From Trichinella spiralis (taxonomy: Eukaryota), in NCBI RefSeq assembly GCF_000181795.1, contig NW_003526943.1:2365666-2429665 (forward strand): a stretch of 64,000 nt of DNA, read 5' to 3'. Position numbers and translations under genes: made by a program. Positions 12,501-25,911 of the stretch are shown in pieces (position 1 is the first letter of the stretch; each line of letters begins with the position of its first letter). Below the pieces are notes generated by a model, which saw only the letters and a program-made list of their open reading frames with translations, made no database searches and had not been told where the DNA came from.

Positions 12501-12599
12501 TAATAATAATATGTAAAACTGCTAATTATTCTATTTTACTCGAAAACTATGCATATATATATATATATATATATATATGTTTTTTTGGTGAAGCATTGC

Positions 12600-12860
12600 G
12601 GACTGATGATGACCTTGGTCACGCCCGGAAATATGGACGGGCGCAGCTGCCGACCGCAGAGGTCAGCAGCGTGTGCAAACCGGCGCCAACTGTCGCCGGC
12701 CAGTCGATCGATCGCCATTGGCGCCATTGGCGCTGTTGGCGGCGCCCCGACGCCGACGCCCCGGCCCAACCCGGCCCGGCCCGTCCCGGCCCAGTGCCAT
12801 TTGTGCATTTTGCATATAGAAGCCGCGGCCGGTGGTTGCGTTCGCGTTCGCTTTCGCCTG
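12600..12860 (+). promoter_or_regulatory. GC-rich promoter island upstream of the KLF gene
   Basis: Tandem CGCCATTGG (reverse CCAAT) at about 12713-12730, CCCGG/GC-box repeats 12760-12792 and TATA-like CATATAGAA near 12813, in an otherwise AT-rich background. Confidence 0.45.
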
Positions 12861-13400
12861 CGTATACGCTCGTCTGGGATGTCAAATGGAGCATTGGAGA
12901 AAGCTTTTCCTCTTTGAAAAAGCATCACAAACTGAAGTTGAAGAAACTCGCGATGACGAGTTGAAAATTATATATTTCATTTGTTTGTTTGTTTTATTTA
13001 TTGGCTGTGTGCTTTTTGGCTGACTGGCTGTGTTCAGCTTATGCAGTCAGTGAGAAGGGAAAGCAGCAAAAACGTCGCTAGCATCATATCATACGCCTTG
13101 ATCTCTTCCGCACTTCGCGTTCGCGTCTCTTTTCTTCTCTTTTTCATCACCACATTCAAAAGCCACACCCACACCACCACAACTACTGTAATTTAATTCA
13201 TTTTCTCTTCTTTTTCAGATATTCAATTTTTATTATTAATCTACACAAATGAATTATTCATCATTGATCAGGTAGAAATTTATTTCAACAAACAGAATAT
13301 TATTTTTTTTAAATAATATTTTATTTCTAGTCCATTTCAATCTGTTTCCAACAATATTCCAACTGAAACAATCGAACAACAACTGGACAACAACAGCACA

Positions 13401-14142
13401 ATGACCAGACGAAGACGACCCAGGAAACCGTTGGTACCGTACCGTACGATTAGCACGGTCGAATACGGCTGGACTGACGACGATGACGAGGACCGAAATT
13501 CTTGGGGCGGGTTCACGATCACGTTGGCCATGGATCAGTGCCAAGTGGACACGTCAACGACGGTCAAACTCGACGACCCTGAGGTCGAACCGACCCCATC
13601 CGGTGACCAAAAATCGACCAACACCCGCGGCCATCCTTTTCTTGCCAACTTGTTGTCGTCGATGGAAGCAACTTTGAAACAAGCCGAGGAACGCAACACT
13701 ACCAAGCAGCTACCATCTGACGACCAACCGACATCCGGCTTGCGGTCCACAACTACCACCACCACCACCACCACCACTAGCAATACTACCACCACTGCTA
13801 AAGCTCAACGACGCTATTCGGATCGCAAACGACACTACGTTTGCACTTTTGCCAACTGCAACAAAACCTACACCAAAAGCTCCCACTTGAAAGCTCACTT
13901 CAGAACTCACACGGGTAAATGAAGATTTGCATAATTTCTCCATTCATTCTTGTCGTTCAGGTGAAAAACCATACGAGTGCAAATGGGAAGGCTGTTCGTG
14001 GCGTTTTGCAAGATCCGACGAACTTACCCGCCACATGCGAAAGCACACTGGTGACAAGCCGTTCCATTGTAAGCTCTGCTTTAGGGCATTTTCACGTTCC
14101 GACCATTTGACCACACACATCCGAAGGCACAATGTGATTTGA
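13401..14142 (+). CDS. Kruppel-like factor (three C-terminal C2H2 fingers)
   Basis: Exons 13401-13914 and 13961-14142: [86 protein letters not shown]. True start codon uncertain. Confidence 0.93.
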
Positions 14143-16547
14143 ACTGAATCGACAACGACGAGAATGTCTTTTTATTTTGCTTTTTCTTCAGAAAAAAATA
14201 TCCTATATATATATATATATATATATATACATGATTGCAATTTTATATTTCTATATTTTGAAAAATACGACATGTTGAAATTGTGAAATAAAACAACAAA
14301 CAGGTGTTATCAAGATGCTTGCTGCTTAATCTCGAATCAAACAGTTGAAAAAGTCAATTTTGAAAAATTTGTTGAAACGGCTGTTGGTATATACTGATTG
14401 ATAATCATAACAATGGATAAGTCTTGTGACATTTGTGATCAGATTGAATTGGAAATGTCATTTGGAATTTGAAAGAATTTTGTCATCGTTCAGCTCTGGG
14501 CGACAAATCGACCAAGCCTCCAAAGGGCAAAGGTCCATCCTCTGGATAATTGCTTTCCAATTACCTGATACGGTAAAATCTATATAATAAATTTCCAATA
14601 TCTGCCTAATATTTCTTCTAGTCCTTCCACCATTCTTGCTTTTTCTTCTTCTTTTTATTCCTATTTCGTTTATTTTTCTTTCATATCCATCCACTGTTGG
14701 TTGATTTGGTTAGTTTCCAAAAAGGAAATAAGTTACTCTTGATTTTCAAAATGCTAATTATTCATCTTTTTCTTTTTATCCTCTTAGTATACGTATTATA
14801 ATTGTTGTATATTAATATTTTTTTTTGTTTTTCATCCAGATTTTCTTCTCATTGATGCATTTTTAATTTCATCGACAAAATCACCAAAAACAAATTGTGC
14901 AAGAAGTGATCAATCATTACTGTGAAAGACAATTGTACAATATGGAAAATCAGTCAATGTTTGTTTTCTTTATTTTGCTTGATCAAAATAATACAAACAA
15001 ACCAAAAACATATTTATTCAAACAAAATTCAAGTTGAAATTGCAAATTTCATCATGTATCAATGCTAATAAGAAGGACAAATACAAAAATGTAAATTTCA
15101 TTTCAATTTTAAATGACATTTCTACACAATTGTATTAATTTTTTTTAAGAATTAATTTTGCACAATACGTCTTTTAAATAAATTTTTGAAATCTTCGTTT
15201 ATTATTATCTTATGCTTTAAATTATCATTCAAATATATTTTATATTTTGCGAAAAGAAAAATTACCCACGATTTACTTTTCCAGAGATGCACCATTGTTT
15301 TGATCATACTTTTCTTTGCAACTGAAATGTTATTTATTGTCTATTTGTTTCATTTCAATTATCTGTGTTGAAAAATATTCCAACTAGAGTATCTGGATTG
15401 TACCTTGGTGAAATCGGTATTTGGAAACATTTCATTCATAAATAATAAATAATTTTTTTATATCAACTGTGATTTTACTAACTTTGCAATTGATAGTGAT
15501 ATTTCAAATTCGATTTAAATATATTGCAATCAGTAGAATAATAATAAATTTCAATGTCACTGTATAATTAAATAATATTTCTCTTGTAATTTATTCGTTC
15601 TCTGTTTGATATTTGATCGAACGATGACATATGTTGCTGAATAAAAAAAAGACAATATGCGAAATATTCATTTTTGAAAATCGATAAAAATTAATATCAA
15701 AACTTCCTCACCACCAATGCGAGACGTTGAGAAAGAAACATACGCGACCAAAAAGCGTAATTTTACATTGCATTGTTTTTTTCATAAAGTACAAGTCTGC
15801 TTGAAACTTTCAATATTTACATAATTTTCAATATGAATAAAACAAATTTAGTTAATAAGATCGTTCATTTTAATGCAAACAAACGTGCATACTGTATTCT
15901 CTCATCTAAAGTTGAAAAAGAAAACCTCCATTTGTAAAGTATTACTTTAAATTTACTGAAAATAAAGTAATTTACTATTTAAAAATCACCACTTGAAAAG
16001 CTGCATACAAAACTGCTCTTTACAGTGCTCGTATAAATTATAATATTATTGAAAAATTAATTTCTTCTTACTATTACAAAGTATATTTTGACATAACATT
16101 CCATTCAATCAAGAATATGAACAAGTGTGAATTTCCATTTTAACACTGAAATCAATGTTTAATAACCTGTCATATCTATGCTTCCAGATTTTGCATAAAC
16201 AATTTCAACATATTTAAATTTGTTTGCATTTTTTTGTTTTGGAACTTAAAACTACGTTTAACAAATTTTCACATATTTCCACCAACAATAGTTTTGTGAA
16301 AAACTACAAAAATTTAATGATAACATTGAATTAAAAAGACTGATCAACAAACAAAACTTTCCGAATTACTTTTTCGCAGCGTAAATCGTGCAGTTGAACA
16401 ATACCAACATTTATAATGCAAATATCACTTTTGTTTTTAATAAAACAATGCATAATATTTCAAATTATATTATATCTGTGACTAATTAAATAGCAAATGT
16501 TTGCCAATTGGCTAATTTTGCAAGTCTGTTTTTTTTGGAAAAGTTTA

Positions 16548-16621
16548 TGGCCAGAGTGGGGCTCGAACCCACGACCTTAGCGTTATTAGCACCACGCTCT
16601 AACCAACTGAGCTATCCGGCC
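16548..16621 (-). tRNA. tRNA-Ile (AAT)
   Basis: GGCCGGATAGCTCAGTTGGTTAGAGCGTGGTGCT-AAT-AACGCTAAGGTCGTGGGTTCGAGCCCCACTCTGGCCA; A and B boxes and cloverleaf intact. Confidence 0.96.
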
Positions 16622-17901
16622 ACTTGGTTCTTTAACTTCTACTTGAGGTATATAAATGTAATTAACAATGCAATGCTTAGTTCATAAAATAAATAAAATT
16701 CACTTTCTACCATTTCAACAAGTACTTAAAGCAAATCCGATGTGAATCATTGCATAGCTTGCTTGTTTTCGTGTACTGTATAAATATTTTATTGCACTGT
16801 TTATATTAAACTCTGTCAAACTATCTTGAAGCTGAAAAATTTTTTTATTGCATTTCAATGATACTTAACTTATTAATGCAATTTTATAAAATTATCCATT
16901 TCAAAAATTTCGAAACATATTTTCACCATTGAAAATTTTTCAGCAGCTTTCATTGGTCATTAGCCAAGTGTTGCAAACTGACAAGCTTCTTCAAGCTTCA
17001 AGGTTTACGAGTTCTGGGAACCAGGTCAGAAACAAGCGCAATTGCTTATCTGTGATCGATTCGGTGAACCATTTTCAGGAGACCATCGTCCTGTTCGAGT
17101 GCAGTTGCACCCAAACATTTGTCAAATCCATCACACGTGTGAATAATTGCATTGACCAAAAGTGATGGGATTAATGGATCTCCATAAAGTGATGGCTGTC
17201 ACAGCTGCGCCGCTCCTGTTACACAACCAACCCAACGGTTGAGCCGGACAAAAAGGTCAGTTGGGCAGAGGCCCCGCTAAGCAAAGAGTGTTGTTTTGGA
17301 GACAGTGAAGTTGGACATTGTCTTTTGTTGTACGAAAGATCTGTTGCAAGTTATGCGATGCCATTTGTTTTCTGTCCATTGTTTTTTGGGGAAAGCGTGT
17401 GCCGTTGTGGTCAGTTATCAGAGAAAGGTATTTTTTTTACCTGCTTTTGTTTTTCCTTTATCTCTCTATATCGTGACTTGACCCTCTACAGTAGAACTAG
17501 AAAATTCATTTGTGAAACTCATGTCAGTTGTGCCACAGTCGACCAAAACTTACGGTAATACGGTTTCCTTGTAATGAAAATATTTATTCCTGCAAATCAA
17601 ATTTTTCGTCACAGCAATCTGATCTGAAGTTATTTGAATGTTATAACCTGGACTTGCTGAACAGTTTTTGTTGACATCACTGGTATATAGACTTCCTACG
17701 AACAACTGTCATAAGACTCCAGTATGAGCTTCTTGAATTTAGCATGGGTTCTTAGACAAGCGGACCCCTGACGTACAAAAATGATAAAAAATTGTTATTC
17801 AATTATAGCTTAAAATTATCATGCTCTGATCAGTGTAAAGCAAAATTGTATTCACATGTTTATTTCAACTGGATTTCAGAATTGTAATTCACTTATTCGT
17901 A

Positions 17902-19036
17902 CTAAAAAATATGATGACAAAAAATACAAAAAACTGCAACTATAGTAAAATAAAGTGTCATAGTAGAATCGGATAATTTTTTGTGCTCACTGTGTTTATT
18001 TCTTTCAAACAATCCACTGGAATTGAACTCACTTTTAAATATATGCTCAGGAACAATTGAAATACGGCTCAGTGAAGTTTGTCGATTTTCCAAGTTGAAT
18101 TCATTTGTCAAGAAGAGCTTTTCAATGAAATAGTTTTCCTGGACGTCCATTTTGCATTGGAGCAAAAGAATTCGGCTGGTTGCCATGAAAAGACGAAAAA
18201 TCAGGTTCCATGCTCTTTTGCCGCATCTTCTTCTTATCGGAATTTTTACACACTTCAAGAAATTGTGAACCAGTCTTTGTTAAAATTAAAATTAACATAA
18301 AATATTTCATCATGAGCATTGGTTGACAATAATAATATACTTGCAAGCTTGTTCAGTAGACGAATGGGAAACTGCCCCTTTGTGAAAAGTTACAGTTTGT
18401 GTTGAAACATTCTGCAGACATTCACGAGCGTCACTTTCACTTTCAACATAAAGAAAACACTCAACATTATGCAAAAAATCTAAAATTTAATAAATAATTA
18501 TGCAATACATATATATATAATAGCAGTGCGATTACCTGAATATCCTTCATCGCAAAGATAGCCATAAGTTGTGTAAATAAAATTGACTGTTTTATGTTCA
18601 GGACAAAATAATTTTAATGGATCAATGCAGGATTGAAATTTCCAAATTCTTCTACAATTTTATATTTATAATAATCTTTGCTAAACTATATTAAGAATTG
18701 AATATTTGAAAAATATTTTGTAAAATTACTACAAACTGATGCATTGCTAAGCAATTTATTTAGGTATAAAATTTCAAATTATCGTTTGCACATTTCACAA
18801 AGTTGGAATTTTACTTCAATAACAAAACTCACTTGCAAAGTTCTTGAAAAGTATTTTTATTGCTAATAAAAGTTTGCTTGTAATTTTCAACATTAGTAAT
18901 AAACATGGGTAAAGTAGTGCTAATTATATCAACGTATTCTTCTACAGGTAAAGTGCACTGTTTGATCTTAGATAGTACATTTTCTTGACATGATTCATCC
19001 CCATTAAGCAATTTTGCAAAACCTAAAAAATTATTC
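17902..19036 (-). CDS. Cys-rich nematode extracellular protein (DUF19/CPG4-like) with hydrophobic C-terminus; 5' end unresolved
   Basis: Spliced exons give ..SCQENVLSKIKQCTLP..FQELCKRIWKFQSCIDPLKLFCP..YGYLCDEGYSDFLHNVECF..ECLQ..QACKLVHNFLKCVKIPIRRRCGKRAW..; ends TLYFTIVAVFCIFCHHIF*. Confidence 0.65.
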
Positions 19037-20894
19037 CTGTAAGAAAAAGCGGAAAATATCCAAGTTTCAAGCTTACCAATGAAAGATGTAAGCGCAAACA
19101 TATGCATAAGCAATTCAAACATTATTTTTCAAAACTCACTGTTTCCAAAAACAATAATGTATCTAATAGTTATCAAAATTAGATATTCATACTAAATGTA
19201 ATATCTGTAGCATATTTTTTTGAAAATAGTCTGGCTTATAAAATTCAAATCAGAAACTATAACAATCGACCTTAAATCGAGCATATTTATGCAATTTTAT
19301 CTCTTTTGAATTTCATCCAATTTAGTTGTTCGAGTGAATTAAATCAAAGTAATTTCTTTTTAATTTGTTAAATATTTCGAAATTGAATAATTTTCAAACA
19401 TTTGACAGTTATTTTCAAGTCTAGCATTTTCGTCCATTTAAATTTCAGCTTTAATAAAAATCAAATGAAAATCAGTATTGACGAAATTGGAAACCTCGCC
19501 AGCTAAAGTGTAATAAAAAGTTTTCAATTTCATTCAGTCGAGTTGATGATAAGAATGCTAATAAATTGCTTGCAACAAATAAATTTGAAATTTCATATTT
19601 CAAACTGTTTTCATGTTTCACATTCTATAACGTTAATAATGTATTATTGTAAAGCATAGAAAATAATATTAGGTGTTTATTTTATGTTACTAAATGAAAT
19701 GCAATTTTTAAACACACAATAACAGAACAATTGAAAGTGATGAAAAAAAGCAAATTTCATTATCATTGGTCGACAATATCTGGAAAACTTTGACTGATTG
19801 AAATTGATATTTGAAAAAAAATAAAAATAAAAAACGCTATTTACAATCCATTTTAAAAGTGATGCGATAATATTTTATTGAAAATTGAGTGATAGTGCAG
19901 GTAAGGAAAAAAAATTCTTTTCAACAATTTCATCAAATTCATTGTTGTTCAATGATCAGATAATTAACAAAATTTTCAAAAAACCGTTTATTTATTTATT
20001 TTCAAATAAACAGTTATGCATTTTGTGGCATAATTTGATAACCCAGTTTGTTGAGTTTATTATTCGATTTAGCATGTTTTAGGTGAATTTTCACAAAATT
20101 TCCAGTTTCAAGCTATTCACGTAATAACGACTGGTTCATCAGAGCTTTTGCTTTACATACGGTACAGAAGCAATTTGAAATTTTCATAATCATTCAAATG
20201 TTTAAATTGTCTTTTTCAATATTTTGAATTTTAAAGTAGATGAAATTTGTAGCTTACTATTGGTGAATTTTTATTAAAGTGTTTGCTCAATAATAGAAAT
20301 GCTATGCTTTAAAACATGCTTATTGAACTATTTACCAACTGCAAGAAAAGCAGGTAGTTACAGGTTACAGGTTGCAGCTGACATGTTGTTCAACCAATTG
20401 CGCAACATGAATATTGAGCAAAAGTAGACTGGCTCAAATATGAAATTAATAAAATGAGTTATTAATAATTGACATCAGTTGGATGAGGAAACGGTTGGAA
20501 TAAAAATGCAATATTTGTTGAATCGACTGACCGCGTTTTGCTTTTCGCAGCAATGTTTTTTCATTTTTTTATTATATTAAATAATAATTTTTGTTATTTA
20601 GCTTCCTGACAAGGCAAACTAGACTGCCCTCATCAGTTGTTTCTGCTTGTTGTTGTTGTTGTCTAGCCGCTGGCAAAGGACTGAGGTCGAGCCGTCGATA
20701 GACGTAGTCACTTGCTTCATTGCTTAGCATTCCTGTGGCCAAATTCGCCGTTGGCAGTTGTTGTACATTCCCATTGCTTTCGCCAAGCTAGCATAGCTTA
20801 TTGAATAGCTTCGTCTGTTGTCTTGATCCTGCTTATCCTGTTCTTATTATTAATAATATTAATAATAATCAGCAACATTCGTCTTTTGACCACA

Positions 20895-23774
20895 ATGCCA
20901 TTTTGGAAATGCACATTGGAAAAATGCTTTTACTTCTGGATAATTGTGCTGTTTTATCAATCTCGTTTGTTAAAATCTTTCCCATTGCATGATCCAATTG
21001 GCAGTCGGTATCATTTGAATAAAGAAATTGCTGAGCAATTTTTAATTTTGTCACGCCAGTATCCCAATCAGTTGCATCAATTTTTCATCGGCAAAAGTGT
21101 ATATGGTAAGCAGCTTTTACATTTGAGGGAAACCTGTGCAACTGTATTTTCTTTTTTTCAAATTTTCAGATCAAGAAATTGTTGGTGTAGCCGTTTCAGC
21201 TCAGTATCCGGAGCAACATATCAGCTTAAGACCGAATATTTTGTTCACCGCAAATATTCACGGAAACGAGGTATACTGCTTATTTTACAACATATACACA
21301 CACATCAGCTAATATTTTTATGAAAAAAAGGGAAGTTTTTGGTTTGCTTTAATAATTACGTAAGAACTAAATTCTTTGAGAGTTTTTGCTGACTTTTGCG
21401 TCAATGCTACTAGCTAAGTTATTACTTTGAATTTACTTCACAGCTTAGCGTATTCTTCTTTTTTTCTACTATGGATTTTTAATGAGCATTTTCACTCAGG
21501 TTTTTTAGCAATGTTTTATTATTATTCAAAAGTTAAGAATTAAATTAAATTTAAAAGTTTCAAACTTTGCAAAATTAAAAAAAGAAATTCTTATCTTTAA
21601 TTTTTTAATTAATAATTTGATAAAGGATAAAAAAATAATAAACATAAACAGTTAAAATATGCTTCAGTTGTTTATAGGATACGTGAAAAACTCTGCCGTT
21701 TATTAATTTTAAAAATTCAGCAGGATCAGATATTTGCTTAATATCTGCATGCATCCAATTTCCATACTTTGAAATTATTGCATTTTAAATCATATCCTTA
21801 TTAGTGAAATATTTTTTCTGTTTGCATGTAATATATTATTAATTTTACTATTTTGAAAACCTAACGATGTAATTGTTTTAATCCATATTTAAAAAATGTA
21901 TCGCTGTTCTCATGCTTTACTTATGAATTTATAAAACAGGCTAACAAAATTGAAATATTGAAATTAGTATATGCTTTACAAAAAATATATCAACTCAGTT
22001 TATTAGGTCAAACAGTTTGAATCAACTTTTTGAATTGAAATTATTTCATGCTTCAAATAAAAACTCGGTTAAGCGGATTTTTATTCTATTCTATTTCTTC
22101 AGCGAAAAAATAGTACACGCATGTTTGTGAAAATGATTTTCATAAATTAATTTTATTCATCACTGTTCATTTATTAAACATTCATAATTCAATCTCTGAG
22201 AATTGACTAAATTGCATCTTTTTTTAAAAATAATCTAATGCAATCATTTCATACTATGAAAAAAATGTACAAATATTTAAGCCAGTGGGACGAGAAATCT
22301 TGTTAAAGCTTGTTACCTATGTATTGGAAAATTTTGGTAAAGACCCATTGATAACGCAACTGCTAAATGAAACCCGTCTTCTTGTCATTCCTACGCTTAA
22401 TCCAGACGGCTTTGATGCTTCCATCTTAGGTGACTGCTATGGTGTAGAAGGGAGGTAAAAACGTGCAACATTCAAAATTGATAACTTTTATAAACTTTTT
22501 CTTTAAAGAACAAATGCAAATGGCTTTGATTTGAATCGAAACTATCCAAATATATGGAAAACAACGAATGATGCAAAAAAATACCAACCTGAAACGTTGG
22601 CTTTTATGTCATGGGTAGAAAAAATTCCTGTAGTACTAAGCATGGATATTCACGGTGGATCTTTAGTTGTAAACTACCCTTATGATTCAAGGAGTAAATT
22701 TTTTTTCAGTTTTTAATAAAATACTTAATTTAAATTCAACAAATATAACTTTATATTTTAGTGGATGCAAGATCAGTTTACAGCGCTGCTCCTGATGATG
22801 ATGTCTTAAAGCATTTGGCACTTTCATACTCTCACAGCAATCTGAGAATGTCACAAAACAGTGAAACTTGGTGCCCACTGGATTCTGAACGTTTTAAAGA
22901 CGGCATTACAAATGGTGCCAATTGGTACAGCATCGAAGGTATGAGATTGAATTATTACTATTATGATAAGCAGCAGCTTGTTTACAATGATCATCCTTTT
23001 TAAATTATGAATTTTTCAGTTACTTCTTAAATTATAATTTATATAATGATGTATTTTTTGAGGAAGTTTGCAAGATTACATGTATTCAATGCGTGGCTCA
23101 ATGGCGTTAACGTTGGAAATGTCTTGTTGTAAATATCCAAATCCGGAAATTTTGAAAACAATTTGGAATGAAAATTTGCCATCACTTTTGCAATTTTGGA
23201 AGCAAGTTCTTACAGGTAAAAATTACATTTATAAGATGACCAGTTTAAATTGTTCATTTTTATAAAATATTCCAGGTATAAAAGGAATTGTCAGAAATGC
23301 TGACAGTGCCGCACCTATTGAGGCAACTTTGAAAATTGTTGGAAGAGATATTGGCTTCAAAACGACAAAAAATGGTGAATTTTATCGCATTCTACTTCCT
23401 GGAAAATACCGTTTGATTGTAATAGAGCATTGAGGCAATTTTTTACCATTTGGCAAGATATAATTTTTTGATCGTGTTTTAGGTTGATGCTCCTTTATTT
23501 AAACCAAGTGTAGTTGATTTTGTTTTGACTGAACAAATTCCATACGTCGAGTTGAACATATCTATGTGGCCAGAATCATCTGAATCTTTTGGTCAGAAGA
23601 ATTATCTTTCCATCATTAAATAAATCTGAAATTTTCAGGTTTGTAGGACAAATTGAAAAAGATGTGAAAACAGTCTATACGGACCAAACTGCTGCTTTAC
23701 GTTTCACGTCATGGAAATCAATGTATTTTATGATCATTGTGTTGCACATGTTGTTAAGTTTTACTTCCAATTAA
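20895..23774 (+). CDS. M14B metallocarboxypeptidase (carboxypeptidase M/D-like)
   Basis: Nine exons from 20895. Signal peptide; zinc ligands IHGNE and DIHGG; NPDGF, GRTNANGFDLNRNYP, GITNGANWY; catalytic Glu in LEMSCCKYP; transthyretin-like domain GEFYRILLPGKY; hydrophobic tail. Confidence 0.93.
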
Positions 23775-24657
23775 AAGAAATGATTGAAGTTTAAAATTAT
23801 GATATTAAAAATTATTAAAAATTATGATGAATACTTCTAAAAACATGAAAAAAAAATAAAAGATAGATAGTATTTTCTTAAAATCAGTCAAAGAAGAATA
23901 TGATTATTAGGCGAACTGTTATAATAGTATTAATTTATAAAAAACATTAGCTTGAATTAGAAGGTGTTTTTCAACAAAATGCTACCTTAAATGTTAATTT
24001 AGAAAATCGTATTTTTTTAAATATTTCACACAATTTTTATAAATTATTTAACATTTTAAAGAAATTTAAGTTTTTTACTTCTGCGTATTCATTTATGAGC
24101 TTTTCATTTGAAAAGGCTAAATAGAAAAATATTTTACACTTTAGCTAGTGAAAATAATTATACATTTTTGATGAAATCAGTGCACATCTTGTCAACAAAG
24201 TGTTCATTCAACTTTGCATCAGCACAAATGAAATCATTCATTAAAAGTCAATCATAAAAAGATGTGTACATTAAAATTTCATGTAGGCAACAAAATGAGC
24301 GTAGTATCAGAGCAGAAAGCAATTCATATCTCCAAGTATTGAAAATGAAAGAGTGAAATATTAATTTTATGAATTAATTCAAAATCTTTCTCAACTGTTT
24401 GATGTTCATTTTTGTGATTTGTTCTTGATTGTGATATATTACTGTATTTCTTCTTTGCATTCCTATGTGCTTAGATGGTGTGTTAGTGAATTTTTTTTTT
24501 CAAATTATTTATAGATTTTATATAATGTAGAAATTTGTTATATTTTGACAGAAATTTAAAAGTGAAAAAAAGTTGCATCCTCTCATTGAGAGGGTGTTGC
24601 TAGGAATTTTCTCGTAGCTCGATCGTGCTGTTCTGGAAACTTTCATCCGCAGTCGCC

Positions 24658-25639
24658 ATGACTGTCACATCGTACGGTGCAGCCAGGAAAGAGCGAAGCA
24701 ACTACATAGCACCAGTAGAAGGTGATACAAGCAGTTCCGGTGCCACGGAATCTGATTATCAAGAATTTTCGCCCATTCGTCCAACTTTGGTTCGAAATTT
24801 CAGACAAGCTGCACTGGAAATTTTTTTCAGTAATAAATTTCAAGTAAACAATGCTATTTTTCGCTTTTGATCCACATATTGTCATTTAAATAAGTTTAAA
24901 TATCTTTTTATGTGTTAATTGTCTTTCTTGTCACTTTGGATTGTATATGCTTGTTGGCGGAAGTTTTGATTCATCTGCGAATGTTCGAATTGGGTAACGA
25001 GAGCCGAGTGATGATTTGCATTTTGCATTATTTCAATATTGGCGTTTTGTCACTGTTTTTTGTTGAATTGGTGTTGAAAGTGTTTGTTATGGGTTTCACG
25101 GTTTTCAAATACCGTATGGAGATGTTCGATTTCATTGTCATCATTTTATCCTTCTCTCTGAGCATCGTTTATGGCAACTGTGGTCGAACAGCTGACAGTG
25201 CTGGTCTGCTAATCTCTTTTCGTCTGTGGCGCATCTTGCGAATTTTCAAAAGTAGAATTTCAAATAAAAAAATACAACAGAACAGTTTAATTAATTATAT
25301 TATATTATTTGATTAATGAGGCAATTTGTGCATTCAGATGTGGTAGCATCGGTGAAAATGGAAGCTCAGCGGAAAATTCGAAAAGAAAGTCGCACAAAGA
25401 AAGCACTGCAGAGGGAAGTATGCAAATTGCGAGAATATTGCTTGAAGCAGGAATACGAGTTGCAATTTTATCGACTAATTTTACAACAAAACCGCATACC
25501 ACTGCCGACTGTTTTACGGATACCCCGCAGCCCGTTGACCATGAGCGTCACTGCTGAGGTGAACGAACACTGTTTGAAATCGCTTTCAAATGACGAATCT
25601 TATATTTGTGAAAAATCATCCTCAAATACGGAAGAATGA
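24658..25639 (+). CDS. HVCN1: Voltage-gated proton channel Hv1
   Basis: Exons 24658-24843, 24912-25251, 25338-25639. S1 FQVLIVFLVTLDCICLLAE (Asp112 equivalent), S2 FFVELVLK, S4 RLWRILR (RxWRxxR), C-terminal coiled coil, no pore domain. Confidence 0.85.
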
Positions 25640-25911
25640 AAAAAATTTCCTTTTTTTGTTTTTCATATTTTCCAATTTGCTGATTTACGTTCATGCTTTA
25701 TCTATGCCAAAGATGTGATAATTCATCATTGATAGTGAAGGTTTCTTGTTGCTTCACTAGACACTTGCTTTTGCTTCATTTCACTTTTGCTTTAAAAATA
25801 TACATTAAAAATCATTAATTTGTTGACATTTTAATTACCATTGTAAAATGATGGGAAAAGAAAAGAAAAGAATAAGAAAATCTCTCTTTCTCTCTCTCAT
25901 CGGATGGACGA

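Noticed and set aside
11823..13023. Many overlapping ORFs in the GC-rich islands upstream of KLF
   Set aside because: No recognisable domains; explained by stop-codon scarcity in GC-rich regulatory DNA
14458..14930. 78-aa minus-strand ORF and nearby exon-like segments
   Set aside because: No consistent spliced model or homology; remains unexplained
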